From: an uncultured virus (IMG/VR IMGVR_UViG_3300031963_000086)
Lineage: Duplodnaviria; Heunggongvirae; Uroviricota; Caudoviricetes
IMG/VR virus record: IMGVR_UViG_3300031963_000086
Reading direction: 5' to 3' (one strand)
DNA: 64,000 nucleotides
The notes under the pieces are model-generated. The model saw only the letters and a program-made list of their open reading frames with translations, ran no database searches and was not told the origin of the DNA. Shown piece after piece: positions 28,483 to 38,057 of this stretch (its first letter is position 1; each line of letters begins with the position of its first letter). The translations under genes and the position numbers were made by a program.

Positions 28483-29271
28483 TTATTGTATTACCATGTT
28501 CATTTTTTCAAAGTCGTTAATGAACTTGTTAATCAAGTCGTAACGCGCTTTGTTTTGTTGTGTGGGCTTTTCCTTAAAGGTTTCCAAGAACGCTTGGTAC
28601 GCTTCAATCCTTGGGTAGCCCAACCCAAGATAAATTAACAATCCGTTCAAATCCGCTTCCATTTCATCATCAATACGCTCATTGAGGTAAAAATGTGAGA
28701 ACTCATGTAACAAGATAGCCATTCGCATAGGAATGGTGAACTTATCAAACGCGGTCTTTGAAACTTGAATCATACCGCTCTTGCGACCGATACGCGCGGG
28801 TGTCGTTAACACTTGACCATTTTGACCAACGATGGTTTTAACATAGTTGATGAAATAGTTTCCGTCATCACTTTGGTAAGTGGTGTTGGTAGCCAAAGTC
28901 CCCGCATTGAATGAGAACTTTTGTGCAAAGTCCACAAAATTGCGAATTTGCGCGTTCCCAATATCGCTCAAGTCAATTCTCCGCTCTAGTGGTGCTTTAA
29001 CAACCGAATCAATGGTGAATGATTTTTCGTCATCTTTTTTCACACCTTGACCTAATCTATCGCTATATGCTTCGATAATAGTCACATCGGGCGTAAGGGG
29101 CATACGAATATGGAAAGTTTCCGTTCCATTTATCGTTTTCCAACGCTCGGTGAACTTTCTCTCATAGTTGGAAGAGTCATACACCTTAATGTGAATCTTT
29201 TCCGCTTTTGGCGTAGTGATTTTCACAATCAAAGTGAGGGGCGCATAATCCGTAGTTACTCTATATTTCAT
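28483..29271 (-). CDS. Zincin metallopeptidase (HExxH), candidate maturation protease
   Basis: AILLHEFSH...EMEAD. Confidence 0.75.
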   Translation of the reverse strand: MKYRVTTDYAPLTLIVKITTPKAEKIHIKVYDSSNYERKFTERWKTINGTETFHIRMPLTPDVTIIEAYSDRLGQGVKKDDEKSFTIDSVVKAPLERRIDLSDIGNAQIRNFVDFAQKFSFNAGTLATNTTYQSDDGNYFINYVKTIVGQNGQVLTTPARIGRKSGMIQVSKTAFDKFTIPMRMAILLHEFSHFYLNERIDDEMEADLNGLLIYLGLGYPRIEAYQAFLETFKEKPTQQNKARYDLINKFINDFEKMNMVIQ

Positions 29272-29477
29272 ACCGCTTTCCTAACTTCTTCGGGGGTTGC
29301 TTTCACATCCACACCACCAACTTTCAATTTATTTAATGCTCGCGTAATCGCATCTCCGTTACCATTATCGGCATCCAAAGGTGCTTTAACGGGATTCAAA
29401 GTCCCCCTATTAGAATAGATGACTATTGCTACACCCGCAACAACGAGTAGGGTTACTATGTCCTTCTTTTTAAGCAT
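29268..29477 (-). CDS. Small single-TM protein
   Basis: N-terminal TM. Confidence 0.55.
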   Translation of the reverse strand: MLKKKDIVTLLVVAGVAIVIYSNRGTLNPVKAPLDADNGNGDAITRALNKLKVGGVDVKATPEEVRKAV

Positions 29478-29757
29478 TGTTTTTATATGTCTTGTACAAA
29501 AAATACACGCCTACGGCTACAACTCCTATGATAAGAAGATTTTTTCCAATGACGCTACCAACCTCAATCTTCTTCTTAAAAAAGTCGCCTCCATCCGCAA
29601 TAGCAGTATCTTCACCACCATCCGCGTTGTTAAATTCTTCTTGTGCTTGAATATTAGGTATAAACTCACCTTTGGCTTTCTCCCTTTCTAACCAATCTTT
29701 GAATGGCAAATTAGAGCCACTACTTTTCCATAGACGATTTGCGCTTATCATAGTCAT
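29470..29757 (-). CDS. Small membrane protein (LWKSSGSNLPFKDW, FNNADG)
   Basis: C-terminal TM + YKTYK. Confidence 0.6.
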   Translation of the reverse strand: MTMISANRLWKSSGSNLPFKDWLEREKAKGEFIPNIQAQEEFNNADGGEDTAIADGGDFFKKKIEVGSVIGKNLLIIGVVAVGVYFLYKTYKNNA

Positions 29758-29761
29758 TTAA

Positions 29762-30232
29762 TTAAGGTCTATTCCAAGAGCGAACAAGGTTTTCTAAGCG
29801 AAGACCGCCCATATCACCATCGAAAGGTTTGAATACCAAACCACCGCTCAAGCCCGTAGACATTTGAGATTGTGATACGCTACCCGTGCTATATGTAGGG
29901 GTTGCACTACCACCTTGACTAATTGGAACGATACCGCCCGTGTTACTAACACCTACGCCCGATTGCGCACCCACACTTGTGGATGAAGTTGAAGCGGGGG
30001 TTGGTGTAGTGTCTTTCTTAAACAAAGTCCCATCAATGACACGCCCTTGATTGGGATTTACAATCGGAGGAATTGGAGGCAAAGGAGGCATTGGGCCAAT
30101 AGGGCCAAAACCACCACCACCGCCACCGCCACCTTGCTCTTCTTGACCTTGGGGCTTTTTAGTGTATCGGTTGTACAAAAAGATTGCACCAACGGCAACC
30201 GCACCATACAATAACAAATTATTATTATTCAT
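29762..30232 (-). CDS. Membrane protein with poly-Gly and Pro-rich linker
   Basis: Start at MNNNN; N-terminal TM. Confidence 0.6.
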   Translation of the reverse strand: MNNNNLLLYGAVAVGAIFLYNRYTKKPQGQEEQGGGGGGGGFGPIGPMPPLPPIPPIVNPNQGRVIDGTLFKKDTTPTPASTSSTSVGAQSGVGVSNTGGIVPISQGGSATPTYSTGSVSQSQMSTGLSGGLVFKPFDGDMGGLRLENLVRSWNRP

Positions 30233-30309
30233 CTTTTCAAAAATAAGGTTTTTTAAATTAAAAATTAGGGTGAGCAAAAACCCACCCTAACCTTAACGAT
30301 TCGTTCTAA

Positions 30310-30399
30310 TTAAGCCTCGGTTTTTGGCTTCTTGAAAACGAAGTAAAGTACACCCGCAACTACGGCAAGGGTCAATACAGTTTTAGTGGTTTTGTTCAT
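30310..30399 (-). CDS. 29-aa single-TM protein (MNKTTKTVLTLAVVAGVLYFVFKKPKTEA), not in the ORF track
   Basis: Manually translated; same TM+KK design as its neighbours. Confidence 0.65.
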   Translation of the reverse strand: MNKTTKTVLTLAVVAGVLYFVFKKPKTEA

Positions 30400-30403
30400 A
30401 GTA

Positions 30404-30622
30404 TTATTTTTTTAAGTTGTTTAAGTTTAATGTGCGCGTTGACGGAAACACATTTTCTACCGCCATATCCGCATAAGAGTCGTCCTCACCCGAAAAATTA
30501 TCAAATGATTCACCTTTGTTGTTTGACGCACTATCAAGTACCCCATCCTTTTGGGAAATCAAGTAGAGGGCAACACCCGCTAAAATTATTCCACCAATCC
30601 AATATTCTTTTTTCATATTCAT
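30404..30622 (-). CDS. Small single-TM protein (FDNFSG motif)
   Basis: N-terminal TM. Confidence 0.6.
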   Translation of the reverse strand: MNMKKEYWIGGIILAGVALYLISQKDGVLDSASNNKGESFDNFSGEDDSYADMAVENVFPSTRTLNLNNLKK

Positions 30623-30623
30623 A

Positions 30624-30848
30624 TCAATCTTTGTAAAATAGAAAGTAGTTCACTACACCTCCACCAACCGCACCTAAAATAGCGGTCACATAAAGGTTCT
30701 TTTTGTAGTACCAACCATACATAAGACCTACAACCACTCCAACCGCGCTACCTTTAATGGTACTACGGGTTTTTTGGATGAATGTATCGTGAGCATCTTG
30801 ACTTTTCAAGGTTTTCACATTGTCTAGTGCATCTTGGAACTCGCTCAT
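30624..30848 (-). CDS. Small two-TM protein
   Basis: Two Gly-rich hydrophobic helices. Confidence 0.6.
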   Translation of the reverse strand: MSEFQDALDNVKTLKSQDAHDTFIQKTRSTIKGSAVGVVVGLMYGWYYKKNLYVTAILGAVGGGVVNYFLFYKD

Positions 30849-31156
30849 TATTTTGTTGTTACGACTTTATAAACGATATATCCCAATATGGCAAGTGCGC
30901 CATAAAACAAGAAACTACCTTTTTGTTGTTTGGTAATTGCCGTGTTTTGTGGTGCATCCATAATCAATTCTACATCCGTTCCAACTATTAACTTTTTACC
31001 ATTATAATTTACCTCTTTTATTACACCCCCAAGAGGGGCTTCAACCTCTATAATTTGACCTTCTCTAATTTGGCCACCCGTAATGCTATTAATTTCGACC
31101 CCACCCAATTTATTATTAGAAAGAGGATAGAAAGATTTTAATACCTTGGCTCTCAT
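30848..31156 (-). CDS. Membrane protein with C-terminal TM
   Basis: ORF in the operon. Confidence 0.6.
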   Translation of the reverse strand: MRAKVLKSFYPLSNNKLGGVEINSITGGQIREGQIIEVEAPLGGVIKEVNYNGKKLIVGTDVELIMDAPQNTAITKQQKGSFLFYGALAILGYIVYKVVTTK

Positions 31157-31159
31157 AGA

Positions 31160-31786
31160 TTATTTCTTTTTGTAGAAGTAAACGGCTACACCAATTAAAG
31201 CAATTGCACCCACACCAATCAATACCATAGTGGTTGTGCTAATACCTCTTGTTTGTGGCGGTTGTTGATTCAACTCCCCACGACCTAAGTCAATATCCGA
31301 ACCTACATTTGAAGCGGGTTGACCCGTTTGCTTGATACTCCAAACATTCAAACCCGTGTTAATACCACTTTGAATAGTTTCGGGCGTGAATACGCTTGAA
31401 AGGAAACCACCAAAGGCGGTATCTTTAAAACTCTTTTTTGAAGAAGTAGTAATAGGTTTTGAAGTTGATGTAATAGGATTTGGGATATTTGACAAGTTTA
31501 CATTTGAACTAGTTCCGCCTATACCACGACCCGATGGCAAATCGTCACCAACCGCATTAGAATAACTTTCCATTGCTACACCACCCGCCAATTTAGCGAA
31601 GTCGTTACGGAATGGCTCACTCTTTGGCAACAAACTACCAAAGGCGGTTTCAATTTGCTTTTTAGTTGGGTTTGCGGGTAGCATCACTCCGTGCTTACGG
31701 ATAATGCGAACTACCTCGTTTGGCTTCTCATCAATGGTTAATGCCGTAATAGCATAAACTTGCTTCGGTGATAATTGTTGGTTCAT
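31160..31786 (-). CDS. Virion membrane protein (YSNAVG, C-terminal TM + KKK)
   Basis: 208-aa ORF. Confidence 0.65.
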   Translation of the reverse strand: MNQQLSPKQVYAITALTIDEKPNEVVRIIRKHGVMLPANPTKKQIETAFGSLLPKSEPFRNDFAKLAGGVAMESYSNAVGDDLPSGRGIGGTSSNVNLSNIPNPITSTSKPITTSSKKSFKDTAFGGFLSSVFTPETIQSGINTGLNVWSIKQTGQPASNVGSDIDLGRGELNQQPPQTRGISTTTMVLIGVGAIALIGVAVYFYKKK

Positions 31787-32178
31787 TTCTTTGATACGAT
31801 TATGGCTGCAGCGATGATTATCGTAGCAGCGATTAACATTGCATTGGTTTGCATAGCGAGTTTCGTACTATCGCTTTGCATTTGTTGTTGGTTGTTACCT
31901 AAAACCGCACTTGTAAGTGTAGCATCCGCGCCCAAAAACGATTCGCCTTTCTTTTTGCATCCGCAATCCCCATCTTTGGGGGCGAACACCTCAAGAATCA
32001 AATCTTTATCGGGGTGCAATTCGGCAATTGCTCGTAATGCGGGTTCACCTTCTTGCGCGACCAACATACGAAGATTATCACCCATTCGTCTACCATCTAC
32101 GACACGATAGCCGAATTGTTGTATGACCGATTTAGCCCCTACGGGGTTGGCCTTTGCGATATATTCGTAAAAATTCAT
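31783..32178 (-). CDS. Virion membrane protein (HPDKD, CGC, FLGADA, C-terminal TM)
   Basis: 131-aa ORF. Confidence 0.65.
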   Translation of the reverse strand: MNFYEYIAKANPVGAKSVIQQFGYRVVDGRRMGDNLRMLVAQEGEPALRAIAELHPDKDLILEVFAPKDGDCGCKKKGESFLGADATLTSAVLGNNQQQMQSDSTKLAMQTNAMLIAATIIIAAAIIVSKK

Positions 32179-32300
32179 TTGTTTTTATAGATTATGTATG
32201 CGCCTATGACAATTAATGCAAATGCCACACCGCTAGTGTGAAGTCGCATTAACCACTTGGTTTGGCCCTCAAGTTTATCCAATCTTTCCTCGGTAGTCAT
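32175..32300 (-). CDS. 41-aa single-TM protein (MTTEERLDKLEG...), not in the ORF track
   Basis: Manually translated; ATGA overlap with the next gene. Confidence 0.6.
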   Translation of the reverse strand: MTTEERLDKLEGQTKWLMRLHTSGVAFALIVIGAYIIYKNK

Positions 32301-32312
32301 TTTGTTAGCAAT

Positions 32313-32345
32313 AAAAAAAGGGTGGGCGAAATACACCCACCCTTT
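32313..32345 (-). terminator. Strong intrinsic terminator after the MCP candidate
   Basis: AAAGGGTGGG/CCCACCCTTT stem plus a 7-nt U-tract on -. Confidence 0.8.
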
Positions 32346-32366
32346 CTATTTGGTTGTTGGTTAAAA

Positions 32367-33062
32367 TTAACCTACCAATTTAACGGGTTGTGAACGCACG
32401 ATTCCAGGACTTGCGTAGTCACGAGAAACGGCCTTACCTGCCAATCCACGAGCCAAATTGATGTTGTCACTTGGGTACAAGTACAATTTAACGCTAGTTG
32501 AAGCCAATACCGAGTTAAGAATCAATTTGGTGTAACCATCGATTCTATACCCGTACCGCATCGCAAGGACTGTCGACTGCTGCTGGTAAGGGTCAATAGT
32601 GGGGATGAGGGGCTTTTGTGCCAAGTTACCATTTGCGTCTTTAGTTTGAACGCTAATAGTTTCCAACAATTGAGTTGAAGAAGCGGATTGAATATAAGTC
32701 AAACCAATAGAGAACGGGTTGTTCATGAATTGGTACAACATCTGTTGGTAAGTCACGTTAGGGATGGCACTAGAAATAGTAACCGCGCCCGTAACATAGT
32801 TACCGCTAGTGTTGAAGTTAGCCGAACTAATATACTCATAAGAACCCAACACATCAAAACTATTCACGGCAGAACCAGTGTTAGTGATGTTGATGATGTA
32901 AGGTTGTGAAGTTGGTGCAGAGGCGGACATAACGTCACCATTTGCACTCATGAAATCTTCCGAAGCGGTGAATGACAAATCATCGTCAAAGAAACCATCG
33001 GCATTTACGAAACCCTCGTGCGCATTTCTTTGTGCGTCTGCGAGATACTTGCGAATAGACAT
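32367..33062 (-). CDS. Candidate major capsid protein (jelly-roll-like, 231 aa)
   Basis: Beta-rich, no TM, own promoter and terminator, next to the packaging ATPase, has paralogs; fold not verified. Confidence 0.5.
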   Translation of the reverse strand: MSIRKYLADAQRNAHEGFVNADGFFDDDLSFTASEDFMSANGDVMSASAPTSQPYIINITNTGSAVNSFDVLGSYEYISSANFNTSGNYVTGAVTISSAIPNVTYQQMLYQFMNNPFSIGLTYIQSASSTQLLETISVQTKDANGNLAQKPLIPTIDPYQQQSTVLAMRYGYRIDGYTKLILNSVLASTSVKLYLYPSDNINLARGLAGKAVSRDYASPGIVRSQPVKLVG

Positions 33063-33098
33063 AATTATTGTTTTTGTGTTTTTAAAGTTTAAAATAAA

Positions 33099-33224
33099 TT
33101 AAGGTTGTGTCGGTGACGATACACGGGCTTTATCAATGGCCTTTTGAATTTGATTGGCTACTAATACACCCACTACAATCGTGGTTACACCATAAGCGAG
33201 TTTTTTGATTGATTCAATGTTCAT
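33099..33224 (-). CDS. 41-aa membrane protein co-transcribed with the MCP candidate, not in the ORF track
   Basis: MNIESIKKLAYGVTTIVVGVLVANQIQKAIDKARVSSPTQP; A-rich leader. Confidence 0.65.
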   Translation of the reverse strand: MNIESIKKLAYGVTTIVVGVLVANQIQKAIDKARVSSPTQP

Positions 33225-33275
33225 TTTCTTTGTTCTTTTTCCTTGCATAGGCACAGACCATTCGCAAGTCGAAAG

Positions 33276-33283
33276 CAAATTTA
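33276..33283 (-). promoter_or_regulatory. -7 promoter element (TAAATTTG) of the MCP transcription unit
   Basis: TAnnTTTG ~50 nt upstream of ATG 33224. Confidence 0.6.
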
Positions 33284-33321
33284 TTTTATATAAATTAGTA
33301 GTAACCTACGAGGTTAACAAT

Positions 33322-33356
33322 AAAAGAAAATCGCAAGTAGTATTTTACTTGCGATT
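33322..33356 (-). terminator. Terminator after the packaging ATPase
   Basis: AATCGCAAGTA/TACTTGCGATT 11-bp stem plus U-rich tail on -. Confidence 0.65.
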
Positions 33357-33396
33357 AATTATTAAAAGATAATAAGAATGGGGGTTTGCGTACTAT

Positions 33397-34209
33397 TTAC
33401 TTTAAGTACATCTTTTTCAATCGACCCAACTCGTGAGCGATAGCCGTATCGTGAGTGTATTTCTTTTTAGACCCAACACCACGAATTTGCAATAATGGAC
33501 TAATTACTTTTCGATAATTCTCATTTAAATAATCTTTACACGCTTCGGTAAATAATTTCTCATCTACCTTTCCTTGTAATTTCATATTCTCACAATCTAC
33601 ATATTGGTAGAACCGCTCGTTGCCACCAAAGTATTGACTATTCACCATGATTTCGGTTATACGAATTAACTCATATTTGTCTTCATATTTCCGTTGGTGT
33701 CTTTGCGCACTTTCCGTGATTTTGTGAAAGCGTAACCAATTGATGTTTTGCCACACCTTTGGCCCTATACGACCGATACCTTGGTAGTGTAAGATAATGT
33801 CCAAATCGCGGTGGCGGTTTGTAGCGATAGCCCCCATCAAATCTTGAGGCATCATATCACTCACGAATCGGTTAATATCTTCAATCAATAATAGCCCACC
33901 ACTAAATGTATCTAGAATAATGTTTAGTGATTGCGCTAAGTCATCCAAGGTCATTTTTTTACCATCGGGATGAAAGGGGCGCACCCTACGAGCCTCAACC
34001 GCGGGGTGAACCGAAAACCTTATCAAATCTCTTAACCCAATTGCTTTAATGTGGGTGTACTCATCGTTTACATCCAAAATAAGGGCCTTACGACCCAAGA
34101 TACCACTTGCGGGGTTTCCCGCAACATAATTGGCTATTACTTTGTCGGTTGTCCATGACTTTCCTACGCCCTTACGGCCAATGGCAACACCCAATAGTGG
34201 CTCTCTCAT
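33397..34209 (-). CDS. A32/P9-like (FtsK-HerA superfamily) genome-packaging ATPase
   Basis: Walker A GRKGVGKS near the N-terminus, Walker B LLLIED, Arg-finger/sensor NRHRDLDIILHYQ; 270 aa. Confidence 0.8.
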   Translation of the reverse strand: MREPLLGVAIGRKGVGKSWTTDKVIANYVAGNPASGILGRKALILDVNDEYTHIKAIGLRDLIRFSVHPAVEARRVRPFHPDGKKMTLDDLAQSLNIILDTFSGGLLLIEDINRFVSDMMPQDLMGAIATNRHRDLDIILHYQGIGRIGPKVWQNINWLRFHKITESAQRHQRKYEDKYELIRITEIMVNSQYFGGNERFYQYVDCENMKLQGKVDEKLFTEACKDYLNENYRKVISPLLQIRGVGSKKKYTHDTAIAHELGRLKKMYLK

Positions 34210-35219
34210 TATTTTTTCCTCCTACCCCTTGGCTTTACATCACCCTTGGCAATATCTTCCATTTGTTGTAAAATGGCTTCATCACCGAATTGGGGTGCGG
34301 GTCGTCTTTGACGGCTTCTTTTAATTGGCTCGTCTACTACAATCGCCTCTTGAATTGGCTCTTCTTTTATTACTACAACCTCTTCGGGTTCAACATACTC
34401 ACGCTCTTGTTTTGCCTCTCTTTTGGGTTGGGGTGCGGGTTCTTCATATTGTTGAGTAGGTTGTGTGGGTTGTGTAGGTTGACTTGGTGGTGGGGTACTA
34501 CGGGGCGCACCGCCACTCATATCCTTTAATGCTTCCAACAATGAAGCGTTTTGTTTACGCAAACCATATATAGTTGCACCTTTGGTCAAAATGTCCACAC
34601 CGAAATAGTAAGCCAACAATTGCTCATCGGTCATACCGATACCGCGCTTCATCAATACGCGAATCAATACGGGTCTTACCTTATCAATAAATTCGGGGCT
34701 TACCGAAATTACATCCTTGGTTTGGGAATTGTATTCGTTTACATAGTCAAGAATACCGATGTTTTGCCCATTGATTGGCAAAGTGATGTTGGGGTCTATT
34801 TCCCCTTTGCGCATCAAGTCCTCAATCTTGTTTGCGTCAAATTGAATCAACTTGTTACCAAAGCCGTTCAATTGAGAATACCCATCAAGTACGGCATCGG
34901 CTAGAGCGGAACTCGCAGCCTTTTGGTCTTTTCTATCCAATTGCTCTACATAAGGGTTCGCGCTACCCATGTCCTCATCGGATTGACCCCATACTTTTCT
35001 ATCGTCAATATTAGCACCTTGTCCTCCACTATTTTGTGCATCAAACCCACTTTGCAATTCCTCAAAAGTTGGGGGTGTAAAAATAGGTTCGGCAATAGGG
35101 GTCGCATCCACAACCTCAACATTGGGTCGCGTATAAGGTCGTTGCTTTACATTCTCTTGTAACGGGTTATAGTCCGCTTGGAACTCCGCATTAGTTTCAA
35201 ATGATGTCGTATTTTCCAT
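34209..35219 (-). CDS. Hypothetical protein coupled to the packaging ATPase (acidic, Pro/Gln-rich, basic C-terminus)
   Basis: 336-aa ORF, stop overlaps the ATPase start. Confidence 0.7.
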   Translation of the reverse strand: MENTTSFETNAEFQADYNPLQENVKQRPYTRPNVEVVDATPIAEPIFTPPTFEELQSGFDAQNSGGQGANIDDRKVWGQSDEDMGSANPYVEQLDRKDQKAASSALADAVLDGYSQLNGFGNKLIQFDANKIEDLMRKGEIDPNITLPINGQNIGILDYVNEYNSQTKDVISVSPEFIDKVRPVLIRVLMKRGIGMTDEQLLAYYFGVDILTKGATIYGLRKQNASLLEALKDMSGGAPRSTPPPSQPTQPTQPTQQYEEPAPQPKREAKQEREYVEPEEVVVIKEEPIQEAIVVDEPIKRSRQRRPAPQFGDEAILQQMEDIAKGDVKPRGRRKK

Positions 35220-35239
35220 ATTTACTTATTTATTCGTTA

Positions 35240-35689
35240 TTAAATTTTTTCCGCGAAATCGTTCTTTTCTAAATACTTACCCAAGTTTTTTCTACTAGTT
35301 AGTAGTTTTTCGTGAATTTTTTTGTCAAACGTGGTTTCGTTGGGGTAATCTTCTATTAGTTGCTTGGCCTTGCTAATAGTTGACATTGATGAGTGTGTGT
35401 ATGCGCTCAAGTCCGATAAGCCATAGTTTAGGTCAACATAGCAAATGTAAACCCAACACGCAAAGGCATATTTCCTTGGGTACTTACGACTCTTCCCGAA
35501 TAGAACCTCCGTTGGTATGTCATACGCTTCGCATACGGCCTTGGCCACCAATGATAGGTCACTTTTCCAAAGAACCCCTTGACTTCCTTTTTTTAAAATA
35601 GAAATGGTTTGAATAAGACCGACCTCCGAGAGTGTATCGCTTATTGCGGAGAAAAGGTTTTCAATTTCCCGTATTTTCGTTGTTGTCAT
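35240..35689 (-). CDS. DnaA C-terminal HTH-like DNA-binding protein
   Basis: VAKAVCEAYDIPTEVLFGKSRK..R.....Y......LSDLS......STIS. Confidence 0.65.
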   Translation of the reverse strand: MTTTKIREIENLFSAISDTLSEVGLIQTISILKKGSQGVLWKSDLSLVAKAVCEAYDIPTEVLFGKSRKYPRKYAFACWVYICYVDLNYGLSDLSAYTHSSMSTISKAKQLIEDYPNETTFDKKIHEKLLTSRKNLGKYLEKNDFAEKI

Positions 35690-36059
35690 TGTCAATAAAT
35701 ATTATTTTACCCTCTTCGCCCCATATTTTTTTTGCCACTATGGAGTGAATACCTTGGTCGCCTTGCGGACACAACACGTCAAACACCGCTTTCAACATAT
35801 TGTCTATGTCGGGTTTTACTTGATGTGGCTTTCCATTCATCGCCAAACGCTTTTTGTTTGACCATGAACTCGGCATTGGCAATACAAATATAACATTTAC
35901 ATCGTCTTTTAACACAAATTTGTGCATTAAAGCGTATGCTTCAATTCCTTGCTTCACAAGGCGATATTTAAGTATCGGGGTTCGGGGTGGCTTTAGCCAT
36001 TTGTCCCGTTGCGTCATACGGGGTTTACCCATTGGGGTAACTAAAAACTCATAGTCCAT
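35661..36059 (-). CDS. rusA: RusA-family Holliday junction resolvase
   Basis: PMGKPR, KPDIDNMLKAVFD, D..I, KKIWG. Confidence 0.85.
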   Translation of the reverse strand: MDYEFLVTPMGKPRMTQRDKWLKPPRTPILKYRLVKQGIEAYALMHKFVLKDDVNVIFVLPMPSSWSNKKRLAMNGKPHQVKPDIDNMLKAVFDVLCPQGDQGIHSIVAKKIWGEEGKIIFIDNDNNENTGN

Positions 36060-36696
36060 ATTTGGTCGTAAATTCTTTTGATTGAGCAATTGCTTTTGCG
36101 CAAAACACCCCAAAGTCATTATCGCTTGGAAAGTGTAAACCCAAAAACATTCTACTAATCATTATATCGTGTGTCAAGTTTTTTAAGAACTCATAATGTT
36201 CGGGATATTTATTCCCAAGGAGTTCGGTAAACAATCGGGCTTGAAAAGAGTGTCCGCTCGGATAAGAGGGGCTTATAGCCGTAATGCTTTTGTATGGAAA
36301 CAACTTCGCCTTGTAATATTGAGCCACTTGATAAGGGCGAGGTCGTTGGTAATGAAATTTTAATTTGAGTAGGAGAAATTTAGAATCTTCATTTAGTTCG
36401 TCAATTTCTTTGTCAAGGTTTACGCCAATCTTTTCGGTTGCGTATTTTTTAAAAATGCCCACCAAGTCATCGTTGTAAGCGATGTACCTCCCTAAAAGTT
36501 TTTCGTCTTGTTGTTCGGGGGTATTTTGATACGCGATTAATTCGCGCAACTCATCTTGTGTTGCTTCGCTATCGTTGGGTGAGAAAGGGTAGTCCTTTAA
36601 ATTTTCGTAAACGGATTGATACGCCCCATTTTTTAAATAGGGCAAAAATTCATCTACGGGGTTTCCATACGTTACGTTGTTAATCCAAGGATTCAT
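36049..36696 (-). CDS. PAP2-superfamily phosphatase
   Basis: K...RPRP, PSYPSGH, SR..LGLHFPSD. Confidence 0.85.
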   Translation of the reverse strand: MNPWINNVTYGNPVDEFLPYLKNGAYQSVYENLKDYPFSPNDSEATQDELRELIAYQNTPEQQDEKLLGRYIAYNDDLVGIFKKYATEKIGVNLDKEIDELNEDSKFLLLKLKFHYQRPRPYQVAQYYKAKLFPYKSITAISPSYPSGHSFQARLFTELLGNKYPEHYEFLKNLTHDIMISRMFLGLHFPSDNDFGVFCAKAIAQSKEFTTKYGL

Positions 36697-37036
36697 ACTT
36701 ATCGCCCATTGTCTTTTTGACATTCATCTTTATTTCGTTGATGTCTTTTCTCATATCGGCATCGTCTTTGTCCAATTTGAGCATGGTTTTGCGATTTGTT
36801 AGAATTTGCATGATTAACGAGGTAAGTGTCAACCCGATAATACCAATCGCTATCCATTGACCCCAATCTTGAGAGCCATCGTTTTTGGTTTCGGGGGCTT
36901 GTTCACCACCATCGTTTGTATTCCCCCCTTGGGCCATTTCCGTTGCCGAAGGTACGGGCGTTGGCGGTACTACGGGATTTGCCACTTGGGTAGCGTTCAT
37001 CGCTTCACCCGTTGCCACTTGTGTTGTTGCTTCCAT
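36680..37036 (-). CDS. Membrane protein (MAQGG, TM, coiled coil)
   Basis: 118-aa ORF. Confidence 0.6.
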   Translation of the reverse strand: MEATTQVATGEAMNATQVANPVVPPTPVPSATEMAQGGNTNDGGEQAPETKNDGSQDWGQWIAIGIIGLTLTSLIMQILTNRKTMLKLDKDDADMRKDINEIKMNVKKTMGDKYESLD

Positions 37037-37530
37037 TATGCTATAAATTTAATGATGTTACCTCTTCGCATTACCGACCGATATTGACCATTCTTTACGG
37101 GTTGTGATTTTCCCGTAAATTCAACTTTGGGTTCGGTTGCTTGGATAACCTCTCTTTTAATCTCCTTGATGTCCTTTTTGTAGTTTCGGTAGATAACACC
37201 TATCACCGCCCCCGCACCAACTACGAGTAACCCAATCTTGGCTTTATCGCGAACATCGCCCTTTGTGTAATACATTGCACCCAATACTAGTGTCCACCAA
37301 ATTGGGTTGTAGAGGTAATACGCACTTGCGGTTCGTGACCAATACTTTTGTGGGGTTATTTCCCCCGCTTTCCATTTGTCACGGAGTTTCTTTTCCGTGT
37401 GAAAATAAAGAGCGTCTGCGGGAGTCGGGATAATATCGGACAATATCAATCCAACCGCCCCCGCATAGAGTACGCCATTGGAGTATTTCCCCTCGGTAGA
37501 TTTAACGATTTCGGAAAATACCTTGTGCAT
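37036..37530 (-). CDS. Multi-TM membrane protein
   Basis: Three hydrophobic segments. Confidence 0.6.
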   Translation of the reverse strand: MHKVFSEIVKSTEGKYSNGVLYAGAVGLILSDIIPTPADALYFHTEKKLRDKWKAGEITPQKYWSRTASAYYLYNPIWWTLVLGAMYYTKGDVRDKAKIGLLVVGAGAVIGVIYRNYKKDIKEIKREVIQATEPKVEFTGKSQPVKNGQYRSVMRRGNIIKFIA

Positions 37531-37533
37531 CGC

Positions 37534-37644
37534 TTACGCTTTTTTCCACGCTTTACCCGCTACATAAAATGTAACATAGATAACGCCCAAACTCAAGGCA
37601 AGTCCTAGAACCGCCATTGGCCAATTAGTTTTTTGAGTGTCCAT
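37534..37644 (-). CDS. 36-aa single-TM protein (MDTQKTNWPMAVLG...), not in the ORF track
   Basis: Manually translated; TM + WKKA. Confidence 0.6.
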   Translation of the reverse strand: MDTQKTNWPMAVLGLALSLGVIYVTFYVAGKAWKKA

Positions 37645-37645
37645 A

Positions 37646-37822
37646 TTATTTTTTCTTTTTGGTTTTTGCTACTTTGACAATCTTTGCATCCATTGCCTTG
37701 AACGCACTTGTGTTGGTCTTAGCCCCTACCACCGCGTAATACTTGGCGGTCTTTGCTTCCTTTTCCGATGTGAATACTTCACCGAAATAGTTTTTATTAC
37801 CCGACTTTACTATGTATGGCAT
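37646..37822 (-). CDS. 58-aa basic protein (MPYIVKSG...), not in the ORF track
   Basis: Manually translated; fills the gap exactly. Confidence 0.55.
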   Translation of the reverse strand: MPYIVKSGNKNYFGEVFTSEKEAKTAKYYAVVGAKTNTSAFKAMDAKIVKVAKTKKKK

Positions 37823-38046
37823 TATTTTTCCGTATTAGGTGTGTCAATTTTACTTGCACCAAAGTAGTAACTTACAATCATAGTCACCACCGATAATACG
37901 CCACCACTAATGGTGTAGTAAATATCTTTTTGGTCGCTTGGGAAATCCCAAAAAATGATAGAGAATAAAACGCTAAAGCCCAATAGCAAAATCAAAAATG
38001 CGATAATCGGGGTTGCGTATTTGGTTAATAGTTCAAGAAATTTCAT
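37822..38046 (-). CDS. Two-TM holin-like protein
   Basis: Two TMs ending in SYYFGAS. Confidence 0.55.
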   Translation of the reverse strand: MKFLELLTKYATPIIAFLILLLGFSVLFSIIFWDFPSDQKDIYYTISGGVLSVVTMIVSYYFGASKIDTPNTEK

Positions 38047-38057
38047 ATTGTTAATTT

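Noticed and set aside
33397..34209. Terminase large subunit or conjugative coupling protein
   Set aside because: Only 270 aa, no nuclease domain or TM segments; the RH..h4-Q motif fits A32/P9 packaging ATPases
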